A DNA stretch of 64,000 bases. It comes from a virus (taxonomy: Duplodnaviria; Caudoviricetes). Shown in pieces: positions 45,520-54,895 of this stretch (its first letter is position 1; each line of letters begins with the position of its first letter). The stretch spans positions 1 to 64,000 of IMG/VR virus record IMGVR_UViG_3300025708_000007. The stretch is one strand, 5' to 3'. The position numbers and the translations under genes are program-made. The notes below the pieces were generated by a model. That model made no database searches, was not told where the DNA came from, and worked only from the letters and a program-made list of their open reading frames with translations.

Positions 45520-45957
45520 ATGAGTGACCATAGTAAACAAATAGAATTACTGGAAAAACTTCTCAATTCTGAGGAAGGTAAAGCCTCTATGAAAAAATTT
45601 TTCAACGATTTGGCAGATAAGAAAAAAATTGCTGAAGGTCGTTATAGGAAATTTGAAAAATGGCTTGAAACTCACGATTTAGATGAAATAATGCAACGTC
45701 TTGAAAAAGAACATTGTGTTGAATGGCGTAATAAGTGTTATAATAATGGTTATGAACCATATCCAAATAACAAACTTGCTTTTTTAATTGATTATGTCGT
45801 TCATAATTATTATTCAATTAGCGTACCGCAAATTGAAAGCGAACATTTCGCAAATCAATCTTGGTTTTTCAAAGGATACTATATTAATATGACTTGGGGT
45901 CAGGGAGTGTTCACGCAAATATTTGACAGCAAATTCAATCAAATTATTGCGCTATGA
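45520..45957 (+). CDS. hypothetical protein
   Basis: 145-aa ORF. Confidence 0.72.
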   Translation: MSDHSKQIELLEKLLNSEEGKASMKKFFNDLADKKKIAEGRYRKFEKWLETHDLDEIMQRLEKEHCVEWRNKCYNNGYEPYPNNKLAFLIDYVVHNYYSISVPQIESEHFANQSWFFKGYYINMTWGQGVFTQIFDSKFNQIIAL

Positions 45958-46268
45958 AAATATATCACAACAAATTGGTGAGAGATAAAATACTGAAGAC
46001 ACTAAAAAAATCTGGTGTTGGTCATAAATATCATATTGCAAAAGACGATACTGAATTTCTTGAAAAACTTAATGAAAAACTTCGGGAAGAAATACAAGAA
46101 TTTAATGAAAAACCAAGCATTGAGGAATTTGCGGATATACTACAAGTACTTGAAACCATTGCAAGATTTCATAGTTTTGATTTGAATGAAATTAAAGAAG
46201 CAAAAGCCAATAAATTCTATAATAAAGGTGGCTTTAATAATAGAATTGTTTTGGAAGAAACGAATTAA
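45954..46268 (+). CDS. MazG-like nucleoside triphosphate pyrophosphohydrolase
   Basis: HNKLVRDKI, LREEIQEF, SIEEFADILQVL (EExxE...EExxD). Confidence 0.78.
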   Translation: MKIYHNKLVRDKILKTLKKSGVGHKYHIAKDDTEFLEKLNEKLREEIQEFNEKPSIEEFADILQVLETIARFHSFDLNEIKEAKANKFYNKGGFNNRIVLEETN

Positions 46269-46295
46269 CTGAAACTTTTTGCGGTAAAAATAAAC

Positions 46296-46385
46296 GGGGG
46301 TGTGATGAAATTGGTAGCACATACGGGACTTAAAATCCCGTGGGCAGTAATGCCCGTGTCGGTTCGAGTCCGACCACCCCTACCA
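46296..46385 (+). tRNA. tRNA-Leu(TAA)
   Basis: CGGGA-CTTAAAA-TCCCG; long variable arm; encoded CCA. Confidence 0.95.
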
Positions 46386-46497
46386 AAACATTTGGTAGCA
46401 TTGCTACAAATAAACAAAGGCGGGTGTGGTGTCCCAACATCGGCAATTTAGATGCAATTGTCGGTAGCATGAGTTCGAGTCTCACCACCAAATGTTT
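46386..46497 (+). ncRNA. tRNA-like RNA with T-arm and long hairpin
   Basis: AAACATTTGGT/ACCAAATGTTT stem, GAGTTCGAGTCTC T-arm, 10-bp hairpin with 7-nt loop. Confidence 0.5.
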
Positions 46498-46512
46498 TTA
46501 AATTAAAATGAT

Positions 46513-46695
46513 ATGTTGTCATACGGAAAAAATAAGAAAATGCGTGAAAACTATCCTGACAATCATCCCAAGAAAGGATATGTAAACTGGTGGGAAGTTG
46601 AACTTGGAGATATTGATAAAGGTCGTGAACGTCAAGAAGCAAAACGTAACATAAAAAAAGAATTAAATGATGAAACTATTGGCAGGAATGATTGA
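46513..46695 (+). CDS. hypothetical protein
   Basis: 60-aa basic ORF. Confidence 0.55.
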   Translation: MLSYGKNKKMRENYPDNHPKKGYVNWWEVELGDIDKGRERQEAKRNIKKELNDETIGRND

Positions 46696-46781
46696 AATGT
46701 TCAGAATGTTGTTTATTAACAGTTATGATGACCCATACACTGAATACCTTTCGGAACAACCGGGTATTTATGTTCACATAA

Positions 46782-47078
46782 GTGATGTTTATGATAATGT
46801 TTAGAGAAATGCGTAAAGAAGTTAAGTTTTTATCAAAAGAAATTAAATTTGCAATTCGTAAAGAAATTCGCAAAGAATGCCGTCAGGAAGCAATACGAAT
46901 ACTTGAACTTGCAGAGGAAAAAGACCGTGAGGATTTTCTTAAATATCATAAAGAAGACCAAGGAAACATTTGCTGTATGGTGTTGGATTTTGCAAAGAAA
47001 AAATTAGTTGAAAAGGGTGTTATGGAACAAAAACCAAACGATTGTTTTGAAGACCCGACAATACATTTGGAAAAATGA
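46782..47078 (+). CDS. hypothetical protein
   Basis: 98-aa ORF. Confidence 0.55.
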   Translation: MMFMIMFREMRKEVKFLSKEIKFAIRKEIRKECRQEAIRILELAEEKDREDFLKYHKEDQGNICCMVLDFAKKKLVEKGVMEQKPNDCFEDPTIHLEK

Positions 47079-47196
47079 AAATCAAAAAGAATTTCAATCC
47101 CAATGATTGTGGTTGTGGTAAATCTTTAAAAACTAAGGATTCTCGAAGAAAAAATACCACACCAAAACGAATAATAAAGAAAAAAAGTAACCTCAA

Positions 47197-47742
47197 GTGA
47201 TGGATAATAAATCATATTCATATTTGTTGGGGCAGTATTTAGGTGACGGCTGTGTTTCTGAAACAAAAAGAACGTATAGATTACGTATTTTTAATGACGT
47301 TAAATATAATCATTTAAATGACTATATATTTCAAACAATACAAAAAATATTTCCAAACAATAAGGTGAATACATGTTTTTATCAAAATCATGTTATTACT
47401 TATGTTTATTCAAATGAAATTCCCAAATTATTTCCACAACACAATCTGGGATTAAAAAAAAATAGAAAAATTCAATTATATGACTGGCAAATAAAAATAT
47501 TGGACTATAAATATTTATTTGCAGGATTGTTGCATTCAGATGGTTGTATTTATTTTGACAGAGGATATAAAATGTGTGTATTTACTAACACTTCATTAGA
47601 CATATTGGACATTTTTAAAGATTGTTGCGATAAATTAAATATTGAATACACCATCAATAAAAATAGGATACAAATAAGAAAAAGAAAATCTAATGATTGG
47701 ATTGAAGAAAATGTTGGTGATAAAAATATAATTAAAATATAA
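47197..47742 (+). CDS. LAGLIDADG-family homing endonuclease
   Basis: two motifs YLLGQYLGDGC and LFAGLLHSDGC. Confidence 0.85.
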   Translation: MMDNKSYSYLLGQYLGDGCVSETKRTYRLRIFNDVKYNHLNDYIFQTIQKIFPNNKVNTCFYQNHVITYVYSNEIPKLFPQHNLGLKKNRKIQLYDWQIKILDYKYLFAGLLHSDGCIYFDRGYKMCVFTNTSLDILDIFKDCCDKLNIEYTINKNRIQIRKRKSNDWIEENVGDKNIIKI

Positions 47743-47743
47743 T

Positions 47744-47817
47744 GCCCAGATGACGGAATTGGCATACGTATTAGATTCAAAACCTAAGTTTTGTGGGTTC
47801 GACTCCCACTCTGGGCA
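47744..47817 (+). tRNA. tRNA-Leu(CAA), short variable loop
   Basis: loop TTCAAAA; 5-nt variable loop; A73. Confidence 0.8.
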
Positions 47818-47837
47818 CTAAAAAAAATGTATTGGTT

Positions 47838-48341
47838 ATGGCAAAAATACTCAAAGTTCCAATGAAAGGACAATGGTATGATTTTGATTGCGGTGTTGCT
47901 ATAACATATTCAATATTAAGATATCTCAAAATAAAGGTTAGTTATGAAGATGTTTTAAAAACATCAAAAGTGTGCCCGGTAAATGGCATAAAGCCAAACA
48001 AGCTTATCAATTTGTTTAAAAAATTTGGATTGAATGCTGTTTGCGAAAACGATAAAAACATTAGATTCTTAATCAAACAAATAAATGCCAATAATCCAGT
48101 AATTGTATTAATTCAATGTAGAAAAGAATATAAAAAGTCTTGGGCGAGTACGTGGGCACACGGACACTACGTTGTGGTAATTGGTTACGATAAAAACAGA
48201 GTATTTATATTTGACCCGTCAATGGGTGGTAGCATAAAAACATTTACACATAAACAATTTTATGGTCGTTGGCATGATTATTCAAAAAATAATACTTATA
48301 TTCGAACCGTAATTTATATTGATGATGAAAATGAGAAATGA
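47838..48341 (+). CDS. C39-like cysteine peptidase
   Basis: QWYDFDCGVA (Q...C), HGHYVVVIGYD, FDPSMG. Confidence 0.8.
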   Translation: MAKILKVPMKGQWYDFDCGVAITYSILRYLKIKVSYEDVLKTSKVCPVNGIKPNKLINLFKKFGLNAVCENDKNIRFLIKQINANNPVIVLIQCRKEYKKSWASTWAHGHYVVVIGYDKNRVFIFDPSMGGSIKTFTHKQFYGRWHDYSKNNTYIRTVIYIDDENEK

Positions 48342-48376
48342 AAGGGCATCAGTCTTTTAAGTTAATTACTTAAAAG

Positions 48377-48700
48377 ATGAAAGCAAAAAAAATCTCAGAC
48401 GAAACCACTAATCGTGGTGAATTCAATCGTGCATACAAGTTTTATCTTGAGCACAGTGGCAAAATTAGCTGTAGTTATTGTCGTTACAATCGTGGCGAAA
48501 ATTCAAATCAAAAATGGTATGGTGGTTATCTTTATGATGACATGGAAATTTGTCGTGGTAAAAGAAAGGGAACAAATACCAGATTTCCAAACTGGAAACT
48601 TGTTTCAAAAAATAAAAAACAGTGGATGGAAAAGCCAATCAAAATGAAAAAAAGATATTTTGGTGGGTATACCAGAATTTATATCGACATTGTTTGGTAA
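48377..48700 (+). CDS. hypothetical basic protein
   Basis: CSYCRYNRGEN and NWKLVSKNKKQW motifs. Confidence 0.7.
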   Translation: MKAKKISDETTNRGEFNRAYKFYLEHSGKISCSYCRYNRGENSNQKWYGGYLYDDMEICRGKRKGTNTRFPNWKLVSKNKKQWMEKPIKMKKRYFGGYTRIYIDIVW

Positions 48701-48712
48701 TGTCGATTATTT

Positions 48713-48785
48713 GGCGGGATAGCTCAGTTGGTAGAGCGATGGAGTCATAACCCATAGGTCGTGAGTTCGAATCTCACTCCCGCTA
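48713..48785 (+). tRNA. tRNA-Met(CAT) (elongator; Ile2 not excluded)
   Basis: GGCGGGA acceptor; loop GTCATAA. Confidence 0.88.
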
Positions 48786-48789
48786 CAAA

Positions 48790-48818
48790 TAAAAAAACCC
48801 ATCGAATTCGATGGGTTT
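48790..48818. terminator. terminator ending tRNA operon 2 / convergent genes
   Basis: AAACCCATCGAATTCGATGGGTTT palindrome. Confidence 0.75.
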
Positions 48819-48833
48819 ATGTTTCCAGTGTGT

Positions 48834-49100
48834 TTACTTTTTCTTTTTTTCTTTTTGCTGTTTGATGTATGCTTTGATAACTTTATCCAATCCGAAGAAT
48901 TTCCAGAAAATCCAATATCCCAAAAGGATAAATCCCCAAAGTCCAACCAGTGTTGCAGCACCCGATTTTCCAGCATCGTCTAATTTACCATATGCAAATA
49001 ATACAACAAATACGTTTACTATTTGAATCCACGCAACTTTTAACCAAGGCAGTGCGGTTTCTTTTGCCCATTTTTTAATTTTTTCCCAAAGATTTTTCAT
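48834..49100 (-). CDS. two-TM membrane protein (holin-like topology)
   Basis: two hydrophobic helices and a basic C-terminus. Confidence 0.65.
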   Translation of the reverse strand: MKNLWEKIKKWAKETALPWLKVAWIQIVNVFVVLFAYGKLDDAGKSGAATLVGLWGFILLGYWIFWKFFGLDKVIKAYIKQQKEKKKK

Positions 49101-49127
49101 TTTATTATTTTTACCATAATGTTATTT

Positions 49128-49526
49128 TTATTTATAATCAGGACTTATTTTGTATGATTTTGCTGTAACATACCCGCTTGATGCACTCTTGCCTGTTGGA
49201 ACAATTGCACCCATATCAATGAGTGATTTTGCAACTGGTTCATTTTCGCTCCAATCTTTCAAGAAAAATTCGTCTTCAGCAAGTTGCGCTGATTCCGGCA
49301 TATTAACCGAAATCATTGCAAATGGTTCGCCATTGGTAGTGATTAGTTCAACGGCAAGTGCATTGTTGTCCCTATACCTGTCAAATTCGAAATATACTTC
49401 ATCATCTTCACCCCAAAGATTAAGTGTGAATGTTTTCTGCGGACTTTCATTCAATTTTCTTTTCTTAAATGTTTTATCAAGTCTGCCCATGACTTCATAA
49501 AGTCTTTTTCTATCTGTATTTTTCAT
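49128..49526 (-). CDS. DUF4313-like protein with RLYEVM leader
   Basis: MKNTDRKRLYEVMGRLDKTFKKRKLNE; then YRDNNALAVEL...EPFAMISVN...DEFFLKDWSENE. Confidence 0.7.
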   Translation of the reverse strand: MKNTDRKRLYEVMGRLDKTFKKRKLNESPQKTFTLNLWGEDDEVYFEFDRYRDNNALAVELITTNGEPFAMISVNMPESAQLAEDEFFLKDWSENEPVAKSLIDMGAIVPTGKSASSGYVTAKSYKISPDYK

Positions 49527-49530
49527 ATTA

Positions 49531-50364
49531 TTAAATTATTTCAACTAATTCCCACTCACTTGAATTTTTGGGTGATTGAATTTCTTCCGAAACCACTACG
49601 GATGAACCTCTTTTTATTCTTAACTCTTTGATGATATCATCATTCAACAATTGTTCAAGAACCGCATCTGATAGTGGCGATGAGGTAAATCCTCTTGCAA
49701 ATGTCCTTGAAATCCTATAACGTTGTAATTCAGGATTTTTTGATTTAACAACTGTAATTTCCAAATCACTCAATCTTCCTTGATTTACAAATTTTTCCAT
49801 TAAGTTGAATAGATGGTCAGATTCTTTATTATAAACTTCCGGTGTCGTTACAGTAACACTATATTGTTTATTCATGTGAATAATTATTGCAATCAAATCT
49901 TTTTGTCTGACATTATCAGACACGTTGATTTCACCTTCATGTGTTGCAGTTATTTTAAATCCATATCCCATACCATTTATTCTTCTTGCTTCACGTTCAA
50001 ACGAAAATCCATGATTTCCGTTTTCCTTAAAAATAAGAAATTGCTTCACGTGAATCATTTCGTGTGCAAATGTATTTAAAAATTCTCTATATGGCAACTT
50101 ATAAAAGGTGGAAATTGCTAAATTTTTTACAATTATTTCACGTGTGTATCTATTAATCAATGCCTGTACCTTACCAAGCGGTCTCATTTTCATTAACACC
50201 AATGGAACTTTTGGTAATTGATTATCAAAAAGCAATAGATTTAATCTATCGTATTCCTCTTGCAGATTAATCTTGTTCAAATCAACGATTTCATCATCAG
50301 CATACTTGCCATATTCAGTAATAAAACCACCGATTTCTTCTTTTATGATTACATTTAATTTCAT
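49531..50364 (-). CDS. SprT-like zinc metalloprotease domain protein
   Basis: NTFAHEMIH (HExxH) and HGFSF second ligand region. Confidence 0.78.
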   Translation of the reverse strand: MKLNVIIKEEIGGFITEYGKYADDEIVDLNKINLQEEYDRLNLLLFDNQLPKVPLVLMKMRPLGKVQALINRYTREIIVKNLAISTFYKLPYREFLNTFAHEMIHVKQFLIFKENGNHGFSFEREARRINGMGYGFKITATHEGEINVSDNVRQKDLIAIIIHMNKQYSVTVTTPEVYNKESDHLFNLMEKFVNQGRLSDLEITVVKSKNPELQRYRISRTFARGFTSSPLSDAVLEQLLNDDIIKELRIKRGSSVVVSEEIQSPKNSSEWELVEII

Positions 50365-50367
50365 CTA

Positions 50368-50826
50368 TTAACCAAATATTACATCACATTTCATTGTACT
50401 GAAATCTATTTCAACTTCTGTTGGATATACTCCATCACCAAAAACTCTGTCTGTAATTGAAGTATTAAATTCCCACTGATACTTCGCAACATCAAGCTGT
50501 GCTTCTTGGTCGGGTACATTTTCATCTGATGATACGATTTCATAATATATTGTGCCTACAATGCCATCAATCATAACCATCATGCTTTTAATTCCATAAT
50601 CCCTGATTTCTGGTATAATGTGCCATTTCACATCAACCTTCTGACGATAAGCATCAACATATTCTGCTTGTGGATAAAATTTTTCTTTTAAGCCGTCAAT
50701 ATGAACCTCAACATTTTTTGAATAAAATGACCAATCATCATCAGTCATTTCATTCATTTTGGGTTTATACGATTTATCAATAGCTTGCATAACTTCAACA
50801 AGCCTTTGTTTTTTATTGCCTTTCAT
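50368..50826 (-). CDS. hypothetical protein with RLVEVM leader
   Basis: MKGNKKQRLVEVMQAIDKSYKPKMNE; ATG 50826 lies downstream of the GTATTTAT motif (rc 50847-50856). Confidence 0.75.
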   Translation of the reverse strand: MKGNKKQRLVEVMQAIDKSYKPKMNEMTDDDWSFYSKNVEVHIDGLKEKFYPQAEYVDAYRQKVDVKWHIIPEIRDYGIKSMMVMIDGIVGTIYYEIVSSDENVPDQEAQLDVAKYQWEFNTSITDRVFGDGVYPTEVEIDFSTMKCDVIFG

Positions 50827-50890
50827 GTCGTGGAATAACAATTTTTTATAAATACTTGACAACGATTAAAATTCTATATAAATTCGCAGC

Positions 50891-51397
50891 ATGTTACAAG
50901 AATACACTTCAGCAAAATCATGCATTAAACAAGTTCCGGCTGGTTTTAAAATTGTTCACAAATATTTTGGCTGGGAAGAAAATACCGTTAATCTTGATAT
51001 TGGCGGTGGAAAATATGATTTAATGACTAATAGATTAAAAGAATTGGGTGTGACAAATTTAGTGTTTGACCCATATAACCGAAGTATCACCCACAATATC
51101 AAAGTTGTGAATAAGATATTCAATAATGATGTGGATACGGTTACAATCTTTAATGTTTTAAATGTAATAAAAGAACGTGAAATTCAATTAAACGTATTAA
51201 AGCTTGGATTTAACGCACTTAAAAAGGGTGGAATGGTATTTGTCAGGTCAACATATATGAACTCAAATAAAGCCTCTGGTGTGACAAAATCGGGCACATT
51301 TCAACATTACCTCACCCAAGGACAATATCTCGAAATAGTAAAAGAAGTTTTTCCAAACGCCCAATTAAAATACGGCATAATTTACGCAACAAAATGA
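50891..51397 (+). CDS. small SAM-dependent methyltransferase-like protein
   Basis: NLDIGGGKYD motif I, FDPYN, VTIFNVLNVI. Confidence 0.7.
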   Translation: MLQEYTSAKSCIKQVPAGFKIVHKYFGWEENTVNLDIGGGKYDLMTNRLKELGVTNLVFDPYNRSITHNIKVVNKIFNNDVDTVTIFNVLNVIKEREIQLNVLKLGFNALKKGGMVFVRSTYMNSNKASGVTKSGTFQHYLTQGQYLEIVKEVFPNAQLKYGIIYATK

Positions 51398-52258
51398 TTA
51401 GAGATTACAATAAAGACCATTGCTGGCAATATGATATCAGATTAAATAACCTTGAAGAAGATTTAATATTGGCTGGTTTAACTGCAGATGATGTAAGTAA
51501 TCTTAATGTCACTGATTTTGTTTTACAGCACGAAGACAAGGAAATCTGCTATGAGGAAGTAAAGTCTTTCATTGAAAGGCACGAATGGCTTGGAAGAATG
51601 AGTTTATATCCAACAAATATTTTTACCGCAAGATATAATGGCATTTTAGCGGGTGTGGTTATAATGGATATGCCAAGTGTGTTTTCAAAAATGCTTGGCG
51701 ATGAAACAAGAAAAATTGAAAGATTAATAAGCAGGGGGGGCATGTATCAGTTGGTCGCCAAAAAATTTGGGAAGTTCTTTAATTATGTTTGCCATAAAAT
51801 GGATGGTAAAAAACACCAGATTTCGTTTGTTTGTGGCGTATTCGGATATTGAGGCAAAAGAATTGGGAACAATATATCAAGCATGCAACTTTTATTATAT
51901 TGGTAAGAAATCTGGTGCAAAGAAACAATATAAAATAGAATCAGGCAGGTGGGTTTCCGATAGATATTTCAGAGCAAGGTCTGTATATAAAAGACTGGCG
52001 AAAGAAGATGGAATTGTTTGGCAGGATGAATGGCAAATTGGTGATAGTGTTAAATTTGATAAAATGCCGGAAGATGTTGCCAAAAGAATAAAAATGCTAT
52101 CGAAAAATTATCTCAATTCTTGTGAGAGTAGGGAAATAATGCCAAAGCATAAATATGTTTATGTCTTAGGCGAAAACAAGGCAGAAACGAAGTATTTAAG
52201 AAAAATGTTTATAAGTAGAAATAAAATTTACCCTTATCCGAAAGAAAGAGGTAATTAA
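51394..52258 (+). pseudogene. Mom-like DNA-modification acetyltransferase split by a G7 frameshift
   Basis: removing one G from 51734-51740 fuses 51394..51852 and 51767..52258 (RLISRGACISWSPKNLGSSL...VAYSD...GTIYQACNFYYIG). Confidence 0.7.
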
Positions 52259-52295
52259 TTGTAACATTTTTAAATATTCTTCGTATAATTGCATT

Positions 52296-53390
52296 ATGAA
52301 GTTAAATTACAAAATATTAGAAAAGGTCGATTGGAAAGTCTTGCAGACTTACATTGATAACAGTCTTATTGTCGCAAATAAGCATCCAGAATATGACATT
52401 TGGATATTGAACTATTCACCAAAAGTTCAATCTAAGAAATTCTGGGATGAATATACTTTATCTGCACGTGGACTCGTTATTGATGCAGAGGGTAATATTG
52501 TTGCACGTCCATATCAGAAGTTCATGAACCTTGAAGAACATGACCCAGCAGACATTGATATGTCTCAGGAATATGAGGTTTTTGAAAAGGTAGATGGGTC
52601 ATTAATCATCCTTTTCTATTACGAACCACGTATGCAATGGATTTTTGCTTCAAGAGGCTCATTCATTTCAGAACAGGCATTGGAAGCACAGAAAATGTTC
52701 AACCACACTGTTCAGGAAAAAATGAGTTCAAAATATACTTATTTGTTTGAAGTCTTATATCCAGAAAACCGTATTGTGGTTGATTATGGTAGCAGAAGGG
52801 AACTTGTGTTACTTGGAAAAATGAACACCACTACGGGTGAAGAATGCCCATACGAATATCTTGTTGACAAATATTCAAAGCATTTTACTGTCGTGAAAAG
52901 AATTGACGTAAGACTCGATAATTTATCCGAATTAAAAAGGCTTGAAGAAGACAACAAGGAAGGGTTCGTGGTGAGATTCAAGAACGGTTTCAGGGTTAAA
53001 GTCAAATTTAACGAATACGTTAGATTGCATGGTATTCTAACAAATGTTTCAAACATAACTGTTTGGGAACATTTGGTGAATAACTACAATTTTGACCAGT
53101 TACTTGACAGAGTGCCAGACGAATTTTATGGTTGGCTACAAAGAGTCGTAGCGTCATTGCAAGGAAAATACGATGAAATTGAAAAAGAATCGTTGAAAGA
53201 ATTCGTGAGAATTTACCACACCAATGGTATTATTGAACGTAAGGATTTTGCAATGGAAGCTTTGAAATCGGACTACCGTTCGATTCTTTTCAAAATGTAC
53301 GACAAAAAACCATATGAATCGATAATCTGGAATATGGTGCGTCCTGTATATAGTAAGCCATTCAAGGATGGTTTCGAATATAGTATATAA
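52296..53390 (+). CDS. ATP-dependent RNA ligase (T4 Rnl1-like)
   Basis: motif I EKVDGS, ARGLV, YLFEVLYPENRIVVDY, EGFVVRF, RVKVKFNEY. Confidence 0.88.
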   Translation: MKLNYKILEKVDWKVLQTYIDNSLIVANKHPEYDIWILNYSPKVQSKKFWDEYTLSARGLVIDAEGNIVARPYQKFMNLEEHDPADIDMSQEYEVFEKVDGSLIILFYYEPRMQWIFASRGSFISEQALEAQKMFNHTVQEKMSSKYTYLFEVLYPENRIVVDYGSRRELVLLGKMNTTTGEECPYEYLVDKYSKHFTVVKRIDVRLDNLSELKRLEEDNKEGFVVRFKNGFRVKVKFNEYVRLHGILTNVSNITVWEHLVNNYNFDQLLDRVPDEFYGWLQRVVASLQGKYDEIEKESLKEFVRIYHTNGIIERKDFAMEALKSDYRSILFKMYDKKPYESIIWNMVRPVYSKPFKDGFEYSI

Positions 53391-53420
53391 AAAAAAGCTA
53401 CCAAACGGTAGCTTTTTTTA
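53391..53420. terminator. bidirectional intrinsic terminator
   Basis: AAAAAAGCTACC-AAAC-GGTAGCTTTTTT. Confidence 0.82.
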
Positions 53421-53421
53421 T

Positions 53422-53991
53422 TTATCGTATTCTTTCTTTATTGTCACCCATGTAGGTGTATTTAAATGCCGGATTCTTTAATAATGCACTTCCTGCAGCA
53501 ATTGCAGCAATTCTTTCTTCCAACATTGGAATTATAGGGGGTGGCGTACCAGAAGGTATTGAAATATATTGTGCAATTTCTTCGTAAGGCACAACTTCCC
53601 AATCCAACGTATATACAGTATGAAATGTTGCATCTTCCTGTGGAACAATTGGGAAATATCTACCGTTAGGTCCTTCCACCATTATTTTCACACCCTCAAT
53701 TGGCTTGTATTCAGTTGTACCGCCAACAAATTGGAAATTAGGGTCTTTACGCAACATTGATTCTTTGTATGTTTCTGCCCATCTGAACTTATAGGGTTTG
53801 TGTTTAAAAATCCTACCAAAATATGGATTTGGGTTTGTTCTTGAACCCAATGTCTTTGGTGCTCGTGCTGGATATGTATAATATACGTATCCAAAAGAAT
53901 ATTTTTGTGGGTCTCTACCCATAAATTCGAGAAAATCCTCTACGGTTGTAATTTCACGACCTTCACTAAGTTCGTATATAAAATTTCCCAT
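53422..53991 (-). CDS. hypothetical late protein
   Basis: 189-aa ORF; GTATTTAT motif (rc 54008-54017). Confidence 0.75.
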   Translation of the reverse strand: MGNFIYELSEGREITTVEDFLEFMGRDPQKYSFGYVYYTYPARAPKTLGSRTNPNPYFGRIFKHKPYKFRWAETYKESMLRKDPNFQFVGGTTEYKPIEGVKIMVEGPNGRYFPIVPQEDATFHTVYTLDWEVVPYEEIAQYISIPSGTPPPIIPMLEERIAAIAAGSALLKNPAFKYTYMGDNKERIR

Positions 53992-54063
53992 AAATCTTTA
54001 ATTTTTCTATAAATACTTTCGACTCACTGAAAACAATTTTGTATTTATATTAAAAGCAACACT

Positions 54064-54867
54064 ATGAAACTATTTAATTTTTTAAAAAGAAAAAACAAAA
54101 TCGAACCACAGGTTAGTGGAAATAAATTAGGACTTGGTTGGAAACGTGATTTACCTGACCCAAGAGACTTTAAATTTAAAGTAACTGCACCAATTCCATT
54201 ACCAAGTTTGGTTGATTTAAGACCAAAATGCCCACCAATTTATAACCAATATGAACTTGGTTCATGTACAGCAAATGCAATGGGTGCTGCATTTCAATTT
54301 GAACAAATGAAGCAGGGAAAGAAAAATTTCATGCCTTCAAGACTTTTTATTTATTATAATACCAGAGCAATTGAGGGTACAATTAATTCCGATGCAGGTG
54401 CAACCATGAGAAATACAATGAAAAGTTTGGTTGATAAAGGCACTTGCCCTGAAACAAAATGGGATTATAATACCAGCAAATTTGCAGAAAAACCAAATTT
54501 CTGTTGCTATCAGATAGCAAAGGATAATCAAGTTCTTCAATATTTGAGAGTAACGCATGATTTAACAGAAATAAAACAATGCCTTGCTTTGGGATACACC
54601 GTTGCATTCGGTATGATACTATTTAATTCATTCATGTCAAACGATACTGCTGCAAACGGAAATGTAATTATGCCATTGCCAAATGAATCATCAATTGGCG
54701 GTCATGCAGTACTTGCTGTTGGATATGATGAAGAGAAGAAAGTATTGATAATGAGGAATAGTTGGGGCGTAGAATGGGGTGATAAGGGTTATTTTTATCT
54801 ACCATACGAATATATAACAACACCCAACTTAGCTGCTGACTTTTGGACAATTAGACTGGTTGAATAA
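54064..54867 (+). CDS. papain-family (C1A) cysteine peptidase
   Basis: QYELGSCTANA, GGHAVLAVGY, RNSWGVEWGDKGYFYL. Confidence 0.93.
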   Translation: MKLFNFLKRKNKIEPQVSGNKLGLGWKRDLPDPRDFKFKVTAPIPLPSLVDLRPKCPPIYNQYELGSCTANAMGAAFQFEQMKQGKKNFMPSRLFIYYNTRAIEGTINSDAGATMRNTMKSLVDKGTCPETKWDYNTSKFAEKPNFCCYQIAKDNQVLQYLRVTHDLTEIKQCLALGYTVAFGMILFNSFMSNDTAANGNVIMPLPNESSIGGHAVLAVGYDEEKKVLIMRNSWGVEWGDKGYFYLPYEYITTPNLAADFWTIRLVE

Positions 54868-54895
54868 AAAAATATTGAAAATTTTGTAACATTTA

